A stretch of 64,000 nucleotides of DNA from assembly GCA_043228905.1 (NCBI GenBank), contig JBHGNT010000012.1:10788001-10852000 (forward strand), written 5' to 3'. Position numbers and translations under genes: made by a program. The stretch comes from Azolla caroliniana. Its lineage: Eukaryota > Plantae > Polypodiophyta. This document shows, piece after piece, positions 11,720 to 22,378 of this stretch (positions are counted from its first letter, which is position 1; each line of letters starts with the position of its first letter). The notes under the pieces are model-generated. The model did no database searches. It worked only from the letters and a program-made list of their open reading frames with translations, and was not told where the DNA came from.

Positions 11720-12281
11720 TGTGAAATCGTTGCGGAATATAAATCACAATGAAGGAACTACGCACTGAAATACGAATCACACCGAAATGCCAGAAAAGAC
11801 AAGATAAACAGATGTACATAGAGATTTACGTGGAAACCCTAAAATGGGGAAAACCACGGGAATAGAACTTCACTATACAAATAGTGGATATACACCAAAG
11901 ATGATTACAACACTTTGTCAAGTGTATCAGCCACACAAGGCTCTTCCCGTCTGTTGTTACAAACACAGCTATGGTGTGGCTCTTCCTTCTTCTCTCACAC
12001 ACACTCTCTCTCTACACACAATCTATTCTACTCTGTTTGTCACTCCTCTACAGCAACATGTTTGCCCTAGTTGCATATATACTTACGCAACTTTCTAGTT
12101 ATTTACATACGTAGCCCTCATGGGGCGAACACTTAGACTATTTACAAATATAGTCTCCCGAGTTGGCTATTTACACAATTCCAGTTTCGGCCGAGGCCGA
12201 GTTCCTCATCAACTCGGCTCTTGTTTTCCGACTTTCCGAATAGTCGGATCATCCTCCCACTAGAGGGACATATTCCCAACA
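11720..12281 (-). repeat. 5' LTR of copia B (PBS missing)
   Basis: Direct repeat of 1735-2313 with scattered substitutions and a ~15-bp indel; abuts gag codons QNYAHWKIKM directly. Confidence 0.88.
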
Positions 12282-13468
12282 CAAACATGACTTAAGTCAG
12301 ATAGGGTTGGCAACCCAACTACCATATTCGACTTCTTCATCTCCTTCAACACAACAAAATTGAGATGCCCAAATCTCTCATGTCATTGCTTTGTGTTAGT
12401 ACTTGTGTTCTGGTCAGTGGAAATTGTAAACGCGCTCAGCTCATAGAGATTGTTGCGCCTTACCCCTATTCCTACAACCTTGCCAGCATAAGCTGTTATT
12501 TCACCACCCGACTTCTTGAATCGAACATCAAGACCCTTGTCGGTCAGTGCAGAAATGGACAATAGATTCTTCTTGAGATCTGGCATGTACAACACTTGAG
12601 AGAGGTGCTTTGTCCCACCGATCATTGCTTTGAGGGATACGGTTCTGGTTCCTTTAGTAGGACATCGAGCATTGTTCCCGACCACAACATTGATGGGTTC
12701 TTGTAGAGGTGTCCAAGAGTACTACCATTCACGACTACTGGTCATATGTCGGGATGTTCCACTATCGAGAATCCAAGAGTCGTCAACAACTTGAGTGTCA
12801 ACTAAAGAACACACTACTTCAGTTGAGACCCATAACTCAAGCTCATCTACGACATTGTTGGCTAACTTGGGCCCTCTCCAAGAAGTCTTACTAGAACCAT
12901 TCTTCTCATCCGCCATCTTCTTCCAACAAACCTTGATTGTGTGACCCATCTTGTCACAGTAGAAACACGATCCATTGAACTTATTCTTCTTTGGTATCCT
13001 ATTCTCATTGTTTGAATTGGATGCCCCTTTATCCTTAGTCCTAGAGACAAATGTCGAATCTTCCCTTCCTTCTCTTGTCTTCAGTCGAAGCTTCTCTTCA
13101 AGTAGCATTGCACTTAGTTCATCAAATTTTAAAGGAGTGGGTTGAACCTGAGTGTTCAATGTTGTTACAATGCCATCATACTTGGAAGGAAGTACTCGAA
13201 TGCACTGACGAGCCATATCCTCTAGAGAGACAACTACTCCAATAGCTACTAGCTGATCCTGAAGATCCTTAATCCTTTTTACAAAGGATTCTACTTTCTC
13301 TCCATTGGCGAGCTTCTCTACAACAAGTTGATTTTCGAGGTTTTGTATCCTTGTATAGTTTCTGGTTTCATACTAGCTGGCCAATATGCTCCAAGCTTCA
13401 TGTGCCTTGGTTGTATGTTGCACTAATGTTAGTACAAAGTCACATATACCAGTGACTATGGTACACAA

Positions 13469-13930
13469 TGAAGTTCCAATCATTGTCGGCCACAACCGAT
13501 TGTATATGTGCGGAATAATAGTCAATCTACTGAAAAAGAAAAAACAGAATATAGAAGCTGAGAATGACACAGATTTTAACATGGAAACCATGTGGAGTCC
13601 TCAAACTCCGAAACAGAACACTATGAGAGAAAGGAATACAATCAAAGATCTCAAAGGCAACGACCTCGAGATCCTGCTTCGCCAACATGCGGCTATGGAG
13701 CTCACTCGCTTCCACTCACACTCGTTCACTCTCACAGTTACAGAGGCCACGACCTCGACAGCGGTAACTTTTCAGTTAACGTGCACAACTAACATGATTG
13801 CCCTAAGTACTTATATACTAATCTAACCTTTCGACTATTTACAAGTTTAGCCTTTCGTGTTGGCTATCTCCACGATTTCCGGTTTCGGCCTCGGCCTCAC
13901 TTCCCATCTAGAGGGACCTGTTTCTTAACA
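13469..13930 (-). mobile_element. Solo LTR D (copia, related to the B LTRs) in the gag of A
   Basis: TG...CA ends; TSD CACAA at 13464-13468 and 13931-13935; host frame NADALC|TIVTG rejoins. Confidence 0.92.
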
Positions 13931-14108
13931 CACAACGCATCAGCATTCCTTCTCTTCCAGGCTCGAAGTAGATCAACATTTGGAGGGATTGATGTGGTAG
14001 GGTGTGCAGGGTCAAAGGTCACCATGGGCTCAAGGTCTCCTCCTGTGGGTCCCACAATTGTCTCCAACAACTTGTAGGAATCCAAAATGGCAGACATTTT
14101 GAACTTCC

Positions 14109-14377
14109 TGACAGGAATACACGCTCCCAATGAACAACGTTCGGCCACAACCGAGTCTAGGATCAAACACAAAAAACGGGTAATGTACGCACGACACAGT
14201 GAAGAGAAGAGTACACAGGAAGTTAACGTGGAAAACCCAAACTAGGGAAAAACCACGACAGCCCACAGATTGCAAACTATCACTATATCACAATGTACAA
14301 TAGTAAAGCACTGAGGCAACGACCTCGAGCTTGCTATCTTTGCCACAGGCGGTGGTTACAACAGAGGCAACGACCTC

Positions 14378-14415
<38 letters not shown>

Positions 14416-14940
14416 CACAATTACGCACTCAAATCTTGCACCAACAAGAATGACAACTTCTCTACATTAAGTTTGCCCTAAGTCATATTTATACTAATAT
14501 GACTTTTCGGCTATTTACAAATATAGCCCCAATGGACTCTCAGAAACATATTTACGAATATGTCCCTTCATCCGGTGAGCACTCCTCACCGGGCATGCAT
14601 CATCCGGCTCTTGCCAGGCACTCGTCATCCAGTTCTCACCAGGCCTTCACCATCCGGCTCTTGTCGGGCACTCGTCATCCGGTTCTCACCGGGTCTTCCT
14701 TTCCGGGTACTCCACGTTCGGTTCTCACCAGGTCTTCCGTTGCCGGGTACTCCACACCCGGTTCTCACCGGGCCTTCACCATCCGGCTCTTGTCGGGCAC
14801 TCGTCATCCGGTTCTCATCGAGTCTTCCTTGCCGGGTACTCCACGCCCGGTTCTCACCGGGTCTTCCGTTGTCGGGTACTCCACATCCGGTTCTCACCGA
14901 GTCTTCTCACTTCCCATCCGGAGGGACCTATTTCCTAACA
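14109..14940 (-). mobile_element. Solo LTR E with an expanded GC-rich U3 repeat array, in the gag of A
   Basis: TG...CA ends; TSD CTTCC at 14104-14108 and 14941-14945; host frame NYTLWK|FKMSA rejoins; internal ccggttctcacc repeats at ~14570-14905. Confidence 0.93.
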
Positions 14941-15312
14941 CTTCCATAGAGTGTAGTTGGTTCCATCTACCTTTCCATCAGACAATGGAGGTGGGGGAAT
15001 GCGCAGTGTAGCAGCTTCAACATTCGTGGGCAAGGTCATTGATACTCTCTCTCTCTGTCTATTTCTCTGTGTTTTTAGACAGCAACTACCCGTATATACC
15101 TAATCTAGGTCAACCTCTCAACTCTAATACCATGTTAGAAATATTGAGAATCGATTAGATAGGTATACAGAGTTACAACCACAGAGATGGATATATGAAA
15201 ACAAAACTTCTATTACATATGAGAGTAGCGCACAATGGTAGTTCACCCATGCGCTCACACCTTAGAGCTCAAAGGGGATCTGGACCAACTCACTACAAAA
15301 TTAGTGGGGACT

Positions 15313-15636
15313 TGTTGAGTGAGCAAGCTCAACCGGATCTAGATCGGTTGAATAAGCCAGAGCCGAATCGGTATTCAGAACGGAGAACCGGATCGGTGTT
15401 CGGATGATATTCGGAACTAGGAGCTGGATCGGAGAGCCGGATTCGAGTACGAACTAGAAGCCTAATAGTAGCCTAGACTACTAAGTAGTTATTATCTCGT
15501 AGCTAGTGTCAGTTGCTCGTATGAGGATTGAATTACATAGTACTTCTGTCGGTCCTTCTAAGGACTTGTATAAATAGTGTTGTGTAAGCACATTGTAAGC
15601 ACACAGAGTTTTAGAGTATTTTTTAATAGAATTTAT

Positions 15637-15678
<42 letters not shown>

Positions 15679-15824
15679 GTACACATACTCTCTCTGTGTG
15701 TTAAGTTTTCTTCTCATCTTCCCGGCATGGGAGCACCAATGGAGGTAGCACCAGAGCCGACACACAGAGACTTCCCAAAATGGGAGCAAGGAGTGAGCCG
15801 AGTGTTGTACTGCCTTGCGTCCGG
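15313..15824 (+). mobile_element. Truncated K-family copia: LTR (15313-~15711) joined by a deletion to a gag fragment
   Basis: tgttgagtgagcaagctcaaccgg is the reverse complement of the K LTR end. 15712-15824 encodes THRDFPKWEQGVSRVLYCLAS, compared with K gag AHKDFPTWEQVASRVMYCFMS. Confidence 0.75.
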
Positions 15825-16266
15825 TGTTAGGAACGGTACTAAGATAGAGAAGTAATGTCAGGAACAATACTAAGATAGAGAAGGAATTAGTACTAAAAGA
15901 TGAGGATTAGTACTAAGGGAGGTGTAGAACTCTCGAGAGAAGGAAAGAGTGAGTGAGAGAGAGAGAGAGAATGATGATAACAAAAGATATATATTATGTT
16001 AAGAGAATATACAATAGTAGATAGGAGGCTTAAGACTAGCGTTGAACCGATTTGGTTCGAAATAATGCCTTGTGCCTCCTTTTATAGTGTTCTCAAGAAT
16101 ACTCCTGAAGTTTCTAGAATGTTCCAAAGAAATCTAGTACATCAATTTTCTATAGTAAAACTTAAATGAAAATAATATCCTTCGTATTACAACATATAGT
16201 CTAATGGTCAAGAGCTCGACCAATGTAACATAAGGTCATGGGTTCGAGTCTTGCCATATCATGACA
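15825..16266 (-). repeat. 3' LTR of chromovirus G, with a tRNA-like module, HSE and TATA box
   Basis: The minus strand starts TGTCATG right after the PPT. A-box at 16197-16207, B-box at 16241-16251, HSE at 16107-16124, TATAAAA at 16080-16086 (minus). The other terminus has a 31-bp duplication. Confidence 0.85.
16107..16124. promoter_or_regulatory. Perfect 4-unit heat-shock element in an LTR
   Basis: GAAgtTTCtaGAAtgTTC, ~20 bp upstream of the LTR TATA box. Confidence 0.7.
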
Positions 16267-19200
16267 TTATCCCCCCTTTAAAACGACGAGTGTCATGAGT
16301 CGTTTTGGATTGAGGACCTGGTTTGTCTGGATATTGACGATGGGAGTCTTAAAAAAGAGCACGAGCATTGGTCACATTCTCTATTGGTTCCCAAGTACGC
16401 TCATTGGGACTATATCGTAGCCAATCGACTTAAATAGTAGAACTTGTTGCAAACAATCTTGGAATCGAGGATGGCGGCAACCTCGTACTCAGGTCCGTCT
16501 TCAAGTTCGATTAGGGGTGGAGATTGTTTAATACAATCTGGGATGGTGCTGTCTTGATAGGGTTCGAGGAGAGAACTATGAAACATTAGATGTATCCGAA
16601 GTTGTGGAGGTAGATCAAGACTAAAAACGACATCGTTAATTGTTTTGATAATACGGAAAGGACCTAATCGCCGATAATCCAACTTCTAGCATGGGCGAGT
16701 AGTCTTGATGTGTCATCGTAGTAGCCATACCCGATTGCCAATGTTAAAACTGGATGGAAGCCGATGACGATCCGCATAAACCTTGTGTGTTTGTTGAGCT
16801 TGTTGTAGATGAGTAGATAAATCCGCTTATATCTTGCATAACCGCTACAAACGATCCTCTGCGCAAGGATTTGTGGGTAACTTTGGGGTTTCAAATACAC
16901 ACCACCGGGGGTGATAGCCTGTATAAGCATAAAATGGTGTAACCTTTGTCGATGAGTGGACAGAGTTATTATACGCAAATTCGGCGAAGTGGAGAATATC
17001 CGCCCAATTATCTTGTTGATAGCGTAGAAAGCACCGAAGATACTGCTCCAGCATTTGATTTGTTCGTTTGGCCATCAGTTTGCAGGTGATAGCCGGAGGA
17101 GAGGTTACAAGTGACTTTGACCATTTTAAAGAGGTGCTTCCAGAATTTAGAGACGAATTGGGGTCCACGGTCGCCGATGATACTATCGGGAAGGCCATGA
17201 TGCTGACATACTTCACGCATGACAGTTTCAGTGGTTTCCTCACTAGATATTTCCTTAGTACATGGTAGGAAATAGGTCATCTTCATATATCGATCTACTA
17301 CTATTAAGATTGCATCGAATCCCTTAGAGACTGGAAGATCTGTGATGAAATCTAGAGCAATGGATTGCCATGGCTTGCTTGGAATTGGTAATGGTTCTAA
17401 TAAACCATATGGATGATGCCTTGGCATTTTTGCTCTTCAACATGTACCACAAGTCCGAACAAAATCTTCGACAAATTGACGCATATGGGGCCACCAAAAT
17501 GATTGTTGTACTAAATCTAATGTTTTAGTACTACCAAAATGCCCAATTGTATATGTGTCATGACAGTTTTGGACTACTCAAAGGCGACAAGAACCATTAG
17601 GAACATACAAGAGTTTCTTAAAGAATAGTAATCCATCATGACATTCGAATTGTCGATAGTCCATACCTGGTTGTTGCGACTATGAACAAGATGCTCGAGA
17701 GGGATCAATTTGTGCTAGAATGGCTTGGGTGAACGCATTTGTCTTCAAGTCCTCACGTATGGTATTGATAACGTGGGAATCCAAGGCCATACCGAAGACC
17801 TGCGTTGCTTGCAGTCGTGCTGGTCCCAAGATTACTTGCTTTTGGTTATCGAAAGTTGGCTCGCTAGGACACGGTGCTAGATATGAGCGTCGTGATAATG
17901 CATCTGCCTTCCCTTGTTGCTTCCCTGGACGATATGTAATGTTGAAGTTGAAACGAGTGAGGAATTGAGCCCACCGATCTTGACGTCGATTTAACACACA
18001 AGCATTCTGAAAGTAGGCAAGGTTTCTGTGATCACTGAATACGGTGACTTGATAAGAAAATCCCTCTAGAAAATGCCACCATTGCGTAAAAGAGTCCACT
18101 ATTGCCAATAGCTCCTTATAATGAATTTCATAGTTGATTTCAGCGGCGTCAAGCTTGCGTGAGTGGAAAGTCACAAGATGAAGCTTTTCATCATCGCCTT
18201 GTTGTGACAGAATGCTACCCAACGCGAAATTCGACGTGTTTGCTTTGATGATGAATGGTTTTTCCAGATCAACATGAGCCAGAATAGGAGCTAATGTAAA
18301 TGCCTTCTTAAGATTCTCAAAAGCCATGTCTGCTTCTTCAGACCAAACGAACGATTGTCCCTTCCTGGTGAGTTGTGTGAGAGGTAGAACAAGCTTTGAG
18401 TAATCCTATATAAACTTGCGGTAGAAATTGGCAAAGCCTAAAAAGCATTGCACATCTCGCAACGAACGCGGAGTCTGCAACTCTACCACCGTTTTGACCT
18501 TAGTTGGATCCATGGAGATGCCTTTCGAAGTGCCCATATCTAGTGTGAAACGTGGTCTTCCATTCATCTCCTGGTCGGATCCGTACGAGGTTATATGCTC
18601 CTCGTAAGTCGATCTTTGTGAAGAACCTTGCACCATTGATCCGTTCTAAAATACTTGAAATAGGGGGAAATGCATACCTATTCCTGATGGTGACCTTATT
18701 CAAGCCAAGGTAATCTACGACGAGACAAAGTGATCCATCCTTTTTCTTGACGAAGAAAATGGGTGTGCCGACTGGAGATTTTGAATGTCGAATGAAACCA
18801 TTTGCCAAATTCTCCTCTATATAGGCTCGAAGGACTTCTAGCTCGATTGGTGACAAATTGTAGATTGGTCCCCATGGTGGCTCTTTTTCCAATTGTAAAC
18901 CGATGGAGCAATCATACGATTGATGGTGAGGAAGCGTATTGGCTTGTACTTTATCGAACACATCGGCATAATGACAATACTTCTCTGTAAGTTGAACGGT
19001 GGAATCCTCTTTAGTGGTGTTGGAGGGTTTTACTGATACTGCGAAGAAAAACATTTCTTCCTTGCGTCCTTCCTCACGCAACTGATGTAGCGAAATGGTT
19101 GCAATCTTATGAGTAGATCATTGGGTTTGTCGATACCGGATTTCCCTTGTTCTCCAATCTACGTCTGGGTTATGTAATTCGAACCATGGTAATCCCAAAA

Positions 19201-20826
19201 CAATGGGATGTTCTGGGATACCAATTATATTAAAGGATACTACACCTGCTAAATTATCTAGGACAATATTAAGGGGCTCTGACTCTTTTATGATATTTCC
19301 AGATGCAATGGGACAACCATCAATGACTACTACAAAGGTTGGACACGGGAGTTTTCTTAGGGATATCTGATGAGCTTGGGCAAAATTCCTATCCATGAAG
19401 CAAGAATTAGCTCCGGAATCTAGGAGTGCAGAGACATGTACTAGAGAGGTACTTTTAGTACTAACCGTTACTTGGGCTAAGAACACATTGCTATCTTGCT
19501 TAGAGGGAATGGAACTACTAATGGGCAACCAAACGTTGTTGTCCAACCAAATGGTTCCTATTTTGGCTGGGCTTAGTCGTTTAACTCTTCTTCTAACTGA
19601 CTAAGGACATCAAATTTGTTCGATAGATTTGGGCTATTAGTACTATTAGGACTATCAAATATTCCTACTGAAATAGACTCGGGTTTAGAACAATTAGAAC
19701 TAGCAACTATTTGGTTCACCTGTCTTCTTGGCCTATGGGGACAATTCACTGCAATATGCCCTAGTCCACCGCAATAAACACACAGTCGATTTGCTCGTCG
19801 TCGCTGCTTTTCTTCTCCCGATAATGGTCTACGACGATGTGTAGTGTCAATTTCCATCGGAGTTGGAGTATTCACTGGAGACACATTATATGACTCCCTT
19901 GTAAAAGGTTTTGCTACCACTGAGGCGTAGGTGGGCTCTGATCTTGCCCTTGGCATTTGTAACTGATGTTCCAAACGTCGTTCGAAAAGACGGTTGTCGC
20001 ATCTCACCACGCAACTGATTGCTTCTGTCAATGACTTTGGTTCTTCGGGGAAGATCAAGAGTAAATCCTTGACATCGTTACGTAGACCATAACAAAATTG
20101 CTCCATAAGTGCTTGGTCATCCCAGGGGATATCGAGGTGAGTAGGCGGAAATCTGCAGTGTATGCGGAGGCTGGACGATCACCTTGACCTAATCGTCGGA
20201 TTTTGTTTATTTTTATCCTTATGCTATTAGTATCTCCAAAACAGGCTTTAAACTCACTTAAAAACTCTCCAAATTTGTTTAGTAAAGGAGATTCCTTTTC
20301 TAACAACAGAGTGAACCATGCCAAAGCTGAGCCACTTAACAATGTGCCTACTAAACCCACTCGTGATGCATCGGTGGGATATTGAGAAGGATACATTTGA
20401 ATGACTAATCGTACTTGATTAAGGAATCCTCTAAACTACGATCGCGTTCCATCAAATTTTATGGGAAGGTCGATCTTGGGTTCTTTATAAACCCCTTGAA
20501 TACTGGGTCCTTGTTGTTGCATCGCGACTTTGGTTGCTTCAAGCTGTTGCACATGTAACGTTAGTTTCCCATGTTGTTGTTGCGTCAGCTGCTTCTCTAA
20601 GGATTTTTGTTGAAGCTCCCCCAACAGTCGTTGATTTTCTTGTTCCAATGCAAGAAACTTCTCTTTCAAGCATTGCAACTCCGAAAAAACAGATTGATAT
20701 TCTTGAGCGCTAACAATGGCCATAGTATGAGAGAAAGGAGGAATAAGAGATTAGTATGAAGGGAGGGAGAAGTAAGAAGATAAAGGAAGAGAAGGAAGGT
20801 GTTACGGGCATGACCATATAATATCC

Positions 20827-21435
20827 TGATGGAAATAAACGAAACTTTCCAAACTTCACCTCTCGGCCACAACCAAGGAAACACACGAATCGTTGTTGCA
20901 GAAAATGGGAAATGCGAAAAATAGAGAGGACACACGATTTATCGTGGAAAACCCTGTACGGGAAAAACCACGGGAGTACAAGACTCCAAACCAACACTAT
21001 ACAAAGAGAAGTATACTATGGCGAGCTGCAAGGCGACGACCTTGAGCTCGCTGTCCTCGCCACAGGCGGCGGAAATACACAGAGGCGTCGTCCTCTTCCT
21101 CTCTCGCGCTCTATCTCTCTCTCTCTCTCACGGCTGCTCTCTCTTCACTCCTCTAGAGTGGAAAAACGGAAAAATGAATAGCAACAACAAAACTGTTTGC
21201 CCTAAGTCATATTTATACATATATGACTTTGGGGCTATTTACAACTATAGCCTCAGGGGCCCTTAGCAGACATATTCACAGATATGTCCCTGCATCCGGA
21301 TCTCTCTCCGAGTACATTCGTCATCCGGCTCCGAGGTCGGGGTCTTCATCATCCGGTTCCGAAACCGAAACCGGGCTGGTCGGCATTCATCTCCGATATC
21401 CGACCATCCCATCCGAAGGGACCGTAATCCCAACA
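20827..21435 (-). mobile_element. Solo LTR H (copia, related to B/D/E) inserted in the LTR of element I
   Basis: TG...CA ends; TSD TATCC at 20822-20826 and 21436-21440; shares the tcggccacaac and cgtggaaaaccc..gggaaaaaccac motifs. Confidence 0.9.
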
Positions 21436-22117
21436 TATCCCATGGTGAGAATTTACCCTAGTATTCTATACACGTGGATAAGTGTGAGGGTTAAACGAGA
21501 GTGTAAAGAAGGGGACGATTACTTTTAAATCCTCGGGATTGAGACAACCCATTAGGCCAAGTGTGAACTTGCCTGGGGGCCTTGGGTATCACTATAAATA
21601 AGAGGCCTAGCTACCCTCATTTGATCATCTTTTGACTACATCGAGACTCTGCTCTTGTGGTGGGTCAACTCTTGTAGCAAGCGCGCCAGCACCAGGTACG
21701 ACTCGACGCCACGGCGGTGGTATGGGACGCCGATCGAGGCTCAAGTCCGTCTCGATCCCTTCGCTTGGGGGTGGTCGGGTGGATCGGCACCCTTCTTTCT
21801 CTTTCTCCTTTCTATCTATCATTACTTTATCCTTATCTTAAGCTTACTTTAGTACCTAGATCTCTAATATTTGGTATCGGAGCTATGTACTAATGTTTCT
21901 TTGTTTGTCTTTTGTCTTTTGATTGATGGTGATTGATCGAGGTGTGGTCGGCCTTGATCCAGACAACGATCAACAAAGAACTTCGGTAACTCTTTCCATA
22001 AAATTTTTTTCTATTCTCTCTTCTCCCACCTAATCATGTGTTTAGTTTATATGTCATTTTTTCATTAAGTCAATGATGTTGTAGTGGTCTTTAATTGATT
22101 ATCTAAAACGTTTACAT

Positions 22118-22378
22118 ATGTGCACGAGGTCAATACCTCGTTTGACATATAAATAATATGTGATGAGTGTCGTATGCATACGAGGTTAATACCTCAATTA
22201 CGTATTACGTTCACGAACATATGTTACGTTTGCGTATGAGTTTAATACCTTGATTTGTTGTAAAGGATATGCGTTTGGTCTCGTATGCGTAAGAGGTCAA
22301 TACCTCAATTGCGTATTATGATTATCTCTTATTTGTGGATGTTTCGTGTGCGTAGAAGTATATACCTCGATTACGTAT
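22118..22378 (+). repeat. Five spaced copies of a ~35-bp hairpin repeat in the leader of element I
   Basis: GAGGT-caat-ACCTC cores start at 22126, 22182, 22238, 22293 and 22355. Confidence 0.75.

Larger units (their letters stand above)
1735..12281 (-). mobile_element. Ty1/copia element B (Tnt1/Tork-like), both LTRs present, decayed gag-pol, nested in the integrase of A
   Basis: LTRs at 1735-2313 and ~11720-12281. TSD CAAAC at 1730-1734 and 12282-12286. PPT TGAAGGGGAAGTT at 2314-2326. Fragmented gag, protease, integrase, RT (YVDD) and RNase H ORFs. Confidence 0.93.
615..15312 (-). mobile_element. Old Ty1/copia element A, split by nested insertions (pieces 615-1734, 12282-13468, 13931-14108, 14941-15312)
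   Basis: Gag starts MTLPTNVEAA..DGTNYTLWK (ATG at 15039). Also present: zinc knuckle CFYCDKMGH, protease WILDSG, and integrase TPQQNGVVER and KCIFLGY. Reading frames rejoin across each TSD. Degenerate PBS TGGTATTAGAGT at 15121-15132; the LTR begins at 15133 and is cut at 15312. Many stops and frameshifts. Confidence 0.88.
15825..20799 (-). mobile_element. Ty3/gypsy chromovirus G (Tcn1/PEG10-like), decayed; 3' LTR at 15825-16266, 5' LTR absent
   Basis: Domains in gypsy order: gag with CVYCGGLGHIAVNC, protease [26 protein letters not shown], RNase H NYEIHYKELLA, integrase WQSIALDFIT, chromodomain EYEVAAILDSK..TWEP. PPT AAAGGGGGGATAA at 16267-16279. Confidence 0.92.

Noticed and set aside
15301-15312. 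PPT-like TTAGTGGGGACT before the 15313 LTR
   Set aside because: The LTR is followed by a gag fragment, so it is a 5' LTR; the purine run belongs to the interrupted LTR of A
16190-16262. Functional tRNA gene (also 541-600 and 54058-54121)
   Set aside because: Acceptor and anticodon stems do not pair cleanly and all copies sit at LTR termini; treated as tRNA-like modules
22118-22378. CRISPR array
   Set aside because: Eukaryotic retroelement leader, degenerate repeats and no cas genes; kept only as a hairpin array
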